The notes under the pieces were generated by a model. That model was not told the origin of the DNA. It worked only from the letters and a program-made list of their open reading frames with translations, and did not search any database. From the IMG/VR virus record IMGVR_UViG_2799112923_000001: a stretch of DNA of 64,000 nt. One strand, written 5' to 3'. The position numbers and the translations under genes were made by a program. This document shows, one piece after another, positions 10,126 to 19,100 of this stretch; within the stretch, counting starts at the first letter, position 1, and every line of letters starts with the position of its first letter. Origin of the DNA: a virus (Duplodnaviria; Heunggongvirae; Uroviricota; Caudoviricetes).

Positions 10126-10878
10126 ATGGCAGATTTTAAGAAATTATTTAACGAACAATGTAGTTCACCTGTGGACTGCAACCTATTGGAAGAAGCAGTA
10201 GGTAACATTAAAGAACAGCACATGTATATCTCAGGTCCATTCTTACAGGCCGAAGATAGAAATAGAAATGGTAGAATTTATCCACAAAAGATTATTGAGA
10301 GAGAAGTTAAACAATATAACCAACTCATTGAATCTCACGAAGCATTGGGTGAATTAGACCACCCTGATTACGCAGAAATTAAATCAAAAGCCGCTGCTAT
10401 TCGTATCACCCAGCTTGCTATGGATGGTAAACTTGCTATGGGTAAAGCATTGGTTCTTGACACTCGTAATGGTAAAGAATTACAAGCACTTTTGAAAGGT
10501 GGTTGTAAGATGGGAGTTTCTTCCCGTGGTACAGGTAATTTGCTTGAAGGTAACATTGTAGCCGATGACTATCACATGGTTACTATTGATGCAGTTTATA
10601 TGCCTTCCGCACAGGTTGCTTATTGTGATGCTATGTACGAATCTGTACAACAAACTACCGAATGGGTATTGAATGAATCCCTTGGTTTGTATGTTGAAAA
10701 AGAAGTAGAAGGTGGTGTAATCTCTAACGCTGACCAAATGGTAAATAATATCCAGGTTACTTCTCCACAGAAAGCCGAACAAATCATTCGTGCTACTGAA
10801 ACATTCAATAAGAAGATTGACAGAAAGGGTTCAAGAGAAATCAAGAATGCTTTCAATGAATGGTTCAAAACCCTTTAA
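10126..10878 (+). CDS. Prohead core protease (T4 gp21-like)
   Basis: GPFLQAE.RNRNGRIYP, LGELDHP, GVSSRGTG, DAV..PSA. Confidence 0.93.
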   Translation: MADFKKLFNEQCSSPVDCNLLEEAVGNIKEQHMYISGPFLQAEDRNRNGRIYPQKIIEREVKQYNQLIESHEALGELDHPDYAEIKSKAAAIRITQLAMDGKLAMGKALVLDTRNGKELQALLKGGCKMGVSSRGTGNLLEGNIVADDYHMVTIDAVYMPSAQVAYCDAMYESVQQTTEWVLNESLGLYVEKEVEGGVISNADQMVNNIQVTSPQKAEQIIRATETFNKKIDRKGSREIKNAFNEWFKTL

Positions 10879-11447
10879 TATATGGAGAAAAATACAATGA
10901 ATTTATACGAGAGAGATTTACCAGGTGAATATAATTTAAAGACTAATTTTTCTAAAGATGCTTATAAAGCATTCCTTGATAAATTAAAAACAGATTACCC
11001 TGAATTAGTTACAATTTTCAAAAATGATGATTACTATGGTTATGGTACTTGGTTCTATGAAAAAGCCTTTGATTTCTATACAGAAAATGAAGGCGAAATT
11101 AATTGGAATAATTTAGACAAATTTGTTCAAGACTTTCTTGAAACGGAAGGAAATTCTTTTATCCATATTCTTGATAATGTTAAAAAGAAAGAAGATAAAA
11201 CGAGAGATGCTAGAAGAACTGGTAAAGTAGATGGCAAGAAAGTTTGGCATTGGGATTATGAAGATGACCCCGATGATGGAACTAGACGCCAGTTTAAAGC
11301 TGATGGTGTAAATCCTGTAGATGGAACCTATGATGGTGTTTATGAATCTACCAAACTAAAAGAAGCCATAGACATTCTTGAACAGCAGGGTTATCGTGTT
11401 GTTCTTAATGAAGAATGGTTCAAAACCCTTTAATATATGGAGAAAAA
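10858..11447. repeat. Identical 35-bp direct repeats (10858-10892, 11413-11447)
   Basis: gaatggttcaaaaccctttaatatatggagaaaaa occurs twice; it contains the end of the protease gene, its stop and an RBS. Confidence 0.95.
10897..11433 (+). CDS. Putative internal head protein
   Basis: Acidic; ends LKEAIDILEQQGYRVVLNE followed by the copied EWFKTL. Confidence 0.55.
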   Translation: MNLYERDLPGEYNLKTNFSKDAYKAFLDKLKTDYPELVTIFKNDDYYGYGTWFYEKAFDFYTENEGEINWNNLDKFVQDFLETEGNSFIHILDNVKKKEDKTRDARRTGKVDGKKVWHWDYEDDPDDGTRRQFKADGVNPVDGTYDGVYESTKLKEAIDILEQQGYRVVLNEEWFKTL

Positions 11448-12629
11448 ATGCTAACAAATTTCTTAAAGAATTGGATTGCTGATATAGTTTGTACCGTAGC
11501 CAAAGGTCTCGGTTTAACCAAAGACAATGTTAAAATGCAAGCAGATGATAAAGTGTTTGAAGCAACCATTACATTTGACAATGGTACTGAGTATGTTTAT
11601 TACATTTCTCCAGGTGAAGATGAAAATGGTCAAGTAGTTTTCATTGATAGAATTGATGGTAAAGGTGCTACAAAAGAATGTAGAACTAAATCACAAATGA
11701 TTGATTTCTTAACAAATGACATCAATACTGGGTTGGTTGCCGAAGCCACAGAAATTCTTGAACAACAAGGTTATCGTGTAGTTCTTAATGAATCTGTAAT
11801 GAACGAAACTGCAAAAGATGAAATTGAAAATAAGATTTATGAATTAGCAGAAGAATTCGGTCATGGTGTAAGTGAACAGGGTAATGGTTATTTAATCTAT
11901 AACAACAATATAGCTGTTGAAGATGATGAAGAATTTAGAGATAAACTTGAAAAAGAATTAGGCTCTACCATTGGTTATGACGATGATGGTGATGGTAATT
12001 TGTTTGTATGGATTAAAGATATAATTGAATCTACACAAATTGATGAAGCCATTAACAACCCTGACGAACCTGCTTCAAAGAAACAATTATGGGCATTGTT
12101 CTGTATCACTAAACAAGACTGGCGTGATAAAAACTTAACAAAGGGCGAAGCCTCCGAACTAATCCAAAAGTATTCAGGTGAAAGAACTACACAAAATAAA
12201 GAAGCATTATCTACAAATTCAATTAAGAAAGATATAATTCAAAATCTTAAACCAAAACTTGATAAACAAATGGCAAAAGCATTTGGTATGCAATCTGTTG
12301 TTGGTGATGCTGACCTAGAAGGTAATTTAATTCCTGGTCGCAAGAGATATAAATTCTTTGGTAGTGGTTGCGGTTGGGCATGGGTTAAATATGACAAACG
12401 CAATAAGAAACTTGGTGAAGTTCTTGACAAATATGATGACGTCTATCGCAAAGGATTTTTTGAAAAATTTGCCAATGAATACATAAAGAAATACAAAGAG
12501 AGAGAATTGGGTGCTGTATTAAGCCAGGATATTGACATTCAATGTATCATTAAACAAGCTGCTTTGGATTATGCTGAATCTATTGGTATTAATACTAAAG
12601 GTGCTTATGTAAATTCTCGTTTGGATTAA
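11448..12629 (+). CDS. Putative multi-domain internal head (poly)protein
   Basis: GGAG RBS; internal EATEILEQQGYRVVLNE motif and repeated (L/I)xE sites. Confidence 0.55.
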   Translation: MLTNFLKNWIADIVCTVAKGLGLTKDNVKMQADDKVFEATITFDNGTEYVYYISPGEDENGQVVFIDRIDGKGATKECRTKSQMIDFLTNDINTGLVAEATEILEQQGYRVVLNESVMNETAKDEIENKIYELAEEFGHGVSEQGNGYLIYNNNIAVEDDEEFRDKLEKELGSTIGYDDDGDGNLFVWIKDIIESTQIDEAINNPDEPASKKQLWALFCITKQDWRDKNLTKGEASELIQKYSGERTTQNKEALSTNSIKKDIIQNLKPKLDKQMAKAFGMQSVVGDADLEGNLIPGRKRYKFFGSGCGWAWVKYDKRNKKLGEVLDKYDDVYRKGFFEKFANEYIKKYKERELGAVLSQDIDIQCIIKQAALDYAESIGINTKGAYVNSRLD

Positions 12630-12635
12630 GAGGAT

Positions 12636-14015
12636 ATGAATATGGATAATTTCACATTTAGACAATACTTAAAAGAATCTGGTTATGACAAAATGACATA
12701 CCAGGAAGAAGTCTATACAACTTGTTTGGGTTTAGGTAATTACCAAAACATTGACCTTTACTATCAAGATGAAATTGACGAAGCATACGAACAAAATGTT
12801 CCAGTCAATGAATTAGCAGCTAAACTCTGTGCCCAATTTGATAAAGATTATGGCACACCAAAACCTGAAGAAATTCCTGAGTTTGAAGAGGAAGAATACT
12901 CACAAGAAACTTTGGATGCTATGGCCGATTACCCACAAGACGAATTTAATGAAGCCACAGAAACCGAAGAAACATTTGATGACTGGAAGGGTTATGTTTT
13001 CAAATACTTGGATAAACGAGTAGATGTAAACAAAATAAAAGATTTGGGAACATACATTAAAGACTTCGTTAAGCAAGAATGGGATAATGGTGAACCTTCT
13101 TGGTTCGCAGCTGCAGAATCCATTGTAAACTATGCTCGTACAAATTTCCCAGATGCTATAAAAGACAGAAGTTATGCTACCACTATCACAGAATCTTTGG
13201 ATGGTCCTGCTACATTCACTAACGAATTAGTAAACCAATTCGTAAGATATGTTAAGAAATGGTTCACTTCTAACACCAAATACCGCGTTCTCATGTCTGA
13301 TAGTGTTACCAAAGATGGCGAACACCCATATACTCACGAAAAGAAGAAAACATACGAATTAACCTTGAGAAATGCTCCAGTTCAAACTTCACTTTATTTG
13401 GTAGTTTATTCCGACTATTGTTATATTGCCGCTGATGGAGACCGTTTCTCTACTAAATCATACAAATTCACATCCATTCAATCTTTGGATAAAGCATTGA
13501 ATATGTTGTATGATAACATTGAATCTGTATATGGTTCTCTTGACGAAGCATTCATTCAAGACGATAGAGGTAATGTTTCTATTACTGATTTAGTTGATAA
13601 GATTATGAATAAAGCTGGTATGGTAGTAGATATGGATGATGACTATACTGCAGCCGCTTACTATATTGCCGACTTCTATTCTAAACAATCTATGCCCATA
13701 AATGGAATGGTAATGTGGGGTTCTAGGGATTTGTTAAAGTTCAAGAAAATATATGACGAACAAATCCAAAATGCCAACACCAGTGAAGAAATACAAGAAT
13801 ATGAGAAAAAAGCAGTAACCGGTGTTCGTTCTATTATGCTCGGTAATCCAGGAAAGAAATGGACTTGGATTGAAGAAATAAAAGATGAAGTTCGTAAAGA
13901 AAGAAAAGCAGCAGAAGAAAAACGCAGACAAGATTATCTAAATTCCGATGAATACAAGAAATCTCAGGACCCAGGTTGGACTGGACCTCGTGGAACTTGG
14001 ACTCTCGGAACCTAA
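12636..14015 (+). CDS. Putative multi-domain internal head (poly)protein
   Basis: N-terminal FRQYLKE resembles the T4 capsid-targeting sequence; internal xxE junctions. Confidence 0.5.
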   Translation: MNMDNFTFRQYLKESGYDKMTYQEEVYTTCLGLGNYQNIDLYYQDEIDEAYEQNVPVNELAAKLCAQFDKDYGTPKPEEIPEFEEEEYSQETLDAMADYPQDEFNEATETEETFDDWKGYVFKYLDKRVDVNKIKDLGTYIKDFVKQEWDNGEPSWFAAAESIVNYARTNFPDAIKDRSYATTITESLDGPATFTNELVNQFVRYVKKWFTSNTKYRVLMSDSVTKDGEHPYTHEKKKTYELTLRNAPVQTSLYLVVYSDYCYIAADGDRFSTKSYKFTSIQSLDKALNMLYDNIESVYGSLDEAFIQDDRGNVSITDLVDKIMNKAGMVVDMDDDYTAAAYYIADFYSKQSMPINGMVMWGSRDLLKFKKIYDEQIQNANTSEEIQEYEKKAVTGVRSIMLGNPGKKWTWIEEIKDEVRKERKAAEEKRRQDYLNSDEYKKSQDPGWTGPRGTWTLGT

Positions 14016-14038
14016 TCTTTATACATACTCTTGAATTT

Positions 14039-14072
14039 CAAATGAAGTTCTCCAATGAACTTCATTTGTTTT
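14039..14072 (+). terminator. Terminator hairpin
   Basis: Perfect 12-bp inverted repeat caaatgaagttc/gaacttcatttg plus tttt. Confidence 0.7.
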
Positions 14073-14164
14073 AAAGTTCTAAAAAATAAAAATAATTGTT
14101 ATACATAAATTATTATTTCTAAATTTAACATACCTAAAAACAATATATTGTGAGGTGAAATAAA

Positions 14165-15058
14165 ATGATTGATAAGGATACATTAAGAACAGCACGCAGA
14201 ACAGTGGAAAGAAATGGTTATACAGTTCTTCCACCTCGTGATAGAGATGAAAGAGATTTGGACCGTTTCCGCACACGCAGAGAAGTTGAAAGAGAAGATA
14301 GAGATTCTCGTCCAGCTCCTCGTTATCGTGAAGTTGTTCGTGATGAAGATGAAAAACCAGTTCGTAAGTTCAAACCACTTCGCGGTCGTGAAGATGATAT
14401 TGACTATGAAGATAAGCCAGTTCGCAGAACCCGTGAAGTAGAAGATAACTACGAAAGACCAACTCGTAGAGCCCGTGATGTTGATGACTATGAAGATAGA
14501 CCTGCTCGCAGACCAGTCCGTCAGGTAGAAGATGACTACGATGATAGACCAGTCCGTCGCCCAGCTCGTCCCGTTTATAATGAAGATGATTACGAAGAAG
14601 TTCCTCGTAAGCCAGCTCGCCGTGAAATGAACGATGACGAAAAGTTGGGAGCAGCTATTCGTACCGCAGAAGAAAACGGATTTACCATTCGTAAGATGTC
14701 AAGACTTGACCAGGCAAAGCAGATTGCCCGTGATAATGGTTATGAAGTTCGTAGAATGGAAAGACCAACACGCCCAACCGCTGCCGATGACGAGGGTAAT
14801 GATAGACCTGCCCGTCCTTCCGCAGTACGTCCACAGAGAACATTGGTTAAGCCAACTACCCAGCCAAATGTAGAGGACGGCATTCGCACACGTACCGCAC
14901 CAGATACTGAGATTGCTGGCAAGCAACCTAAGGCACCAACCGGTGTAGATGGTGGAAATGATGCAGCTCCTGAAGCCGCACCAGCTGAACCAAAGAAGAA
15001 TACATACGCAGACGATTTCATGAATCGTGCCGCTAAATTCTTTGGCGAAGAAGAATAG
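14165..15058 (+). CDS. Arg/Asp/Pro-rich disordered repeat protein (possible head core or scaffold)
   Basis: Tandem RP.RR...VEDDY repeats; three A......NG[YF] motifs. Confidence 0.6.
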   Translation: MIDKDTLRTARRTVERNGYTVLPPRDRDERDLDRFRTRREVEREDRDSRPAPRYREVVRDEDEKPVRKFKPLRGREDDIDYEDKPVRRTREVEDNYERPTRRARDVDDYEDRPARRPVRQVEDDYDDRPVRRPARPVYNEDDYEEVPRKPARREMNDDEKLGAAIRTAEENGFTIRKMSRLDQAKQIARDNGYEVRRMERPTRPTAADDEGNDRPARPSAVRPQRTLVKPTTQPNVEDGIRTRTAPDTEIAGKQPKAPTGVDGGNDAAPEAAPAEPKKNTYADDFMNRAAKFFGEEE

Positions 15059-15087
15059 TTCGGTTCTACGAATAAAATAAAAAATGC

Positions 15088-15116
15088 AAAAAAGCCTTCG
15101 TATGAAGGCTTTTTTC
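15088..15116 (+). terminator. Rho-independent terminator
   Basis: aaaaagccttc-gtat-gaaggcttttt. Confidence 0.85.
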
Positions 15117-15132
15117 TATATTTGGGAAAAAA

Positions 15133-15140
15133 TATAAATA
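15133..15140 (+). promoter_or_regulatory. Late-type promoter TATAAATA upstream of nrdD
   Basis: Exact consensus. Confidence 0.55.
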
Positions 15141-15206
15141 CTAATACCCACATAGAAAAAGATAGTGTGATTTGATTTTATTATTGTAGGTTAAAAAAGA
15201 GGATAT

Positions 15207-17358
15207 ATGAAAATACGAAAGCGTAATGGTTCCGAAGTTACATTCAATAAGCAGAACATTGTAGAGGCTATATCAAGAGCGAATGAAAAAGTTAGAATTG
15301 AAGAAAGACTAACTATTCAGGAAATCAAAGATATAGCCAAGTCCATTGAAGATAACTGCAAAATTTCTCCCGTCGCTATTGGATATAAAGATATTCAAAA
15401 GATGGTAGAAACTGCTATAATGAAAGCTCGGAAAATTTGAAGTTGCAACTGAATATATCACATTCCGTTATCAAAAAGCCTTGGAAGAAAGAAAAAATAC
15501 CATTGATGACCGAGTTCTTTCATTGTTGTCTGGCGATAACGAAGATATTCAGCAAGAAAATGCTAACAAGAATCCAAACATTGTTTCCACAATGCGTGAC
15601 TATATGGCAGGTGAAGTATCAAAAGATATTTCACAGCGTTATTTAATCCCATCTGACATTTATGATGCCCACAAAGAAGGTATTATTCACTTTCACGATA
15701 TGGATTACTTCGCTATGCCAATCCACAACTGCTGCTTGATTAATTTGGATGATATGTTACAGAATGGTACTATCATTTCCGGCACACAGATTGATAAACC
15801 ACATACATTTAGTACTGCTTGTAATATCGCATCCCAAATCGTTGCTCAGGTAGCAAGTTCACAGTATGGTGGTCAGACTATCACTGCTTCTCATTTGTCT
15901 AAATTCATCGCTCCAACAAGAGAATACTTTAAGAAGAAGTATCCTTCTATGACCGATGAACAAATTGAAGAATTGCTTACAGACGATATTAAGAAGGGTG
16001 TTCAAACTCTCCAGTATCAGATTCTTACTCTCCAAACTACCAATGGTCAGACCCCATTCGTTTCTGTTTGTTTGTATTTGAACGAAGCAGAAAATGATGA
16101 AGAAAAAGATAATCTTGCCAGAGTAATTGAAGAAATCTTGAAGCAGAGAATCCAGGGTGTTAAGAATGAAAATGGTCAGTATTATGCTAACCCATTCCCA
16201 AAACTCTTGTATGTTCTTGAAGAAGATAACATTACCGAAGATGGCAAGTATTATTATCTTACCAAACTTGCTGCTGAATGTACCACAAAGAGAATGGTTC
16301 CTGACTACATTTCCGAAAAGGTTATGAAGAAGCTCAAGATTAGTAAGAAGGGTGAAGAAGGCGATTGTTACCCATGTATGGGTTGCCGTTCATTCTTAAC
16401 TCCATACCGTGACCCAAAGACAAAGAAACCAAAGTATTATGGTAGATTCAACCAGGGTGTTGTTACCATTAACTTGCCTGATGTTGCGTTGAGTGCTAAG
16501 GGTGATTTGGAAAAGTTCTGGTATATTCTTGAACAGAGATTGGAATTGTGCCATAGAGCATTGAGATTGCGTCATGAACACTTGCGTGGTGTTAAATCCG
16601 ATGTTGCCCCTATCTTGTGGCAGAATGGTGCTTTCGCTCGTTTGAAGAAGGGTGAAACCATTGATAAACTTCTTTACAATGGCTATTCCACAATTTCATT
16701 GGGTTATGCTGGTCTTTATGAAACTGTTAAGGTTCTTATTAACAAATCTATTACCGATGAAGAAGGTAGAGAATTGGGTAAGAAGATTATGCAGGTTCTC
16801 AATGATAAATGCCGTGATTGGAAACAGGTAGAAAAGATTGACTATTCTGTTTATGGAACACCTATTGAAAACACAACAGAAAAATTTGCTAAATGCTTAC
16901 AGCGTAGATTTGGAACTATTCCTGGCATTACAGATAGAAACTATATCACTAACTCTTACCACGTACCAGTCTTTGAACAAATTGATGCGTTTAAGAAGAT
17001 TGATATAGAAGCAGAATTACAGAAGTTGTCTCCAGGTGGTGCTATTTCTTACATTGAAACACCAAATATGGAAAACAATGTAGACGCAATTCTTTCTGTA
17101 ATCAAATACATTTACGATAACATTATGTACTGTGAAATTAACGCAGAACTTGATTGGTGTCACTGTTGTGGTTCTACAGGAACTATTAAGATGATTCGTA
17201 ATGAAGATGGTAAATTCATTTGGCACTGTGAACAATGTGGTAATGAAGACTTGAACAAGATGAATGTAGTCCGTCGTGTTTGTGGTTATCTTGGTAATGC
17301 TAACTTTATGGCACAAGGTAGAATGGGTGATATTCACGATAGAGTAAAACACATCTAA
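15207..17358 (+). CDS. nrdD: Anaerobic ribonucleotide reductase with ATP cone, +1 frameshift at CGG 15429-15431 (about 716 aa)
   Basis: ATP cone MKIRKRNG in frame 0; NCCL, MGCRS, GRFNQGVVTINL, CxxC...CxxC and RRVCGYL in the +1 frame. Confidence 0.93.
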
Positions 17359-17380
17359 TACAAACTAACATTTTCAAATG

Positions 17381-17409
17381 AGTATAGGGAGAAACACCCT
17401 ATACTTTTT
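17381..17409 (+). terminator. Terminator-like hairpin
   Basis: agtataggg-agaaaca-ccctatact-ttttt. Confidence 0.7.
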
Positions 17410-17423
17410 TGACTGGAGATTTT

Positions 17424-18002
17424 ATGAAAGAAATATGGATTTCTACTTTTAGTGCGAATAAAAAAGACCCTAAAACTATTATAGCCATATCTAATAAAGG
17501 AAGAATTATTAGAAAAAATGGAACTGTTGAAAATTCATTTTATATGCAGCAATTTAATTATAATGGTAAAAGGGTTTTAATACACAGATTTATAGCTGAT
17601 AATTTTATTAAAAGAACTGAAGAAGATATAATGAAAAATAGAAATTATATAGACCATATAACACACTATCCTGAAAATATGAATATAAATGATGTTCGTA
17701 ATATGAGATGGTGTACACATAAAGAAAATTGTAATTTTCAAGAAAGAATAGAAAAATTATCAAAATCTAAAAAAGGACAACAAAGTCCAAGAAAAGGTTG
17801 TATAGTATCAAAAGAAACAAGAATAAAACAATCAAATGCTAGAAAAGGAAAAGAACCTTGGAATAAAGGAAAAAGTGGTTATCATATTGAAGGATATGTT
17901 ATGACTGAAGAAGAAAAACTTAAACATTCTAAAGCCATGTTGGGTAAATTTAAAGGTAAACATTGGCATATAGAAAATGGAAAAAGAGTTTGGGAGGATT
18001 AA
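17424..18002 (+). mobile_element. Free-standing HNH homing endonuclease with NUMOD3-type repeats
   Basis: ISNKGRI, IHRFIA, IDHI...NDVRNMRWCTHKEN, SKETRIKQS..RKG..PWNKG; more AT-rich than nrdD. Confidence 0.85.
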
Positions 18003-18003
18003 A

Positions 18004-18511
18004 GTGCGTTTCCGGTAATATAAAATTTGTGGACTCGTCAAATGGTTCAGGTGTAAGAGTTTCTTTGTATGTTAGTGGTTGTAGAAACCATTGTAAAGGT
18101 TGTTTCAATGAAGATACTTGGGATTTTGAATATGGTGAAGAATTTACACCAATTCAAGAAAACGAAATCATTGAAGCATGTAAGAAATCTTTTATATCTG
18201 GTCTAACAATTCTTGGTGGTGAACCATTTGAAGAGGAAAACCAAACTGCATTATTACCATTTATCAAGAGATTTAAAGAAGAATGCCCTGATAAAACATT
18301 ATGGATGTTTACAGGTTACATTTATGAACGAGATTTGATAAATGGTGGCAGAAAATGTAAAGAAAATGTTACAAAAGAGATACTAGATAATGTGGATGTT
18401 TTGGTTGATGGACCTTTCATTTTAGAAAAGAAAGATTTAACCTTAGCATTTAGGGGTAGCAGTAACCAACGCTTACTGACCAGAGAAGATAGAAAGTCCC
18501 TTGGGCAATAA
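18004..18511 (+). CDS. nrdG: Anaerobic RNR activase (radical SAM), +1 frameshift at CGG 18013-18015 (about 168 aa)
   Basis: GGAGG-N-GTG start; NGSGVRVSLYVSGCRNHCKGCFN, LGGEP, VDGPF, FRGSSNQR. Confidence 0.92.
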
Positions 18512-18535
18512 ACCCTACCACATTTGGTAGAACTG

Positions 18536-18566
18536 GGCAGCTAGGATACAGTCCTGGCTGCCTTTC
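18536..18566 (+). terminator. GC-rich terminator-like hairpin
   Basis: ggcagctagga-tacag-tcctggctgcc-ttt. Confidence 0.6.
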
Positions 18567-18584
18567 GCATTCCATAAATATAGT

Positions 18585-18788
18585 ATGGATATTAACGAAT
18601 TAAGAGATAAATGGCAGGATTTTTTAGCGGCAACATTGTCAGCTAAATACTGGAAATCAGATTCCACAGAAAAAGATATGTTAGAAAAACTTAAATCTTT
18701 TGACGAATTTTGGGAGAAATACAAAAATGAACACCAATCCCGAGATAGAGAAAGACATAGTGGAGAAACTGAGAACCCTGGGATTTAA
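18585..18788 (+). CDS. Small hypothetical protein
   Basis: ATG 4 nt after CATAAATA (18573-18580). Confidence 0.55.
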   Translation: MDINELRDKWQDFLAATLSAKYWKSDSTEKDMLEKLKSFDEFWEKYKNEHQSRDRERHSGETENPGI

Positions 18789-19068
18789 AGTAATTCTTGG
18801 GGGCAAACGATACTCTGGAAATGACGAATATCACAACTGGTATATGGTTGGTCTAAACGATACAGCCATATTTGGCGAGTTGGAATTCTCAGCTAATCCT
18901 GTTTGGCGAATAAATTGGTATCACGAAGGTAATTATGTTCGTGATACCGGTTTTATATTATTGAACTTTAAGAAATTTATAAACCACATCTATCATGACT
19001 GCTTACCTGGTTTGAAACTCAAAAAATTAGACGAAATGATTAAGGTCATTGATGAAGATTTTATATAA
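18727..19068 (+). CDS. Hypothetical protein, C-terminal xxDF family
   Basis: Ends MIKVIDEDFI. Confidence 0.65.
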   Translation: MNTNPEIEKDIVEKLRTLGFKVILGGKRYSGNDEYHNWYMVGLNDTAIFGELEFSANPVWRINWYHEGNYVRDTGFILLNFKKFINHIYHDCLPGLKLKKLDEMIKVIDEDFI

Positions 19069-19100
19069 AGTTCATAAATAGTAATATAGAGAGGTTTTAA

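Noticed and set aside
14165-14640. CRISPR array or DNA-level repeat
   Set aside because: Repeats are degenerate and codon-phased, i.e. protein repeats
17359-18003. Group I intron around the HNH gene
   Set aside because: nrdD ends normally (RVKHI*) before it, nrdG starts after it, and there is no room for an intron core
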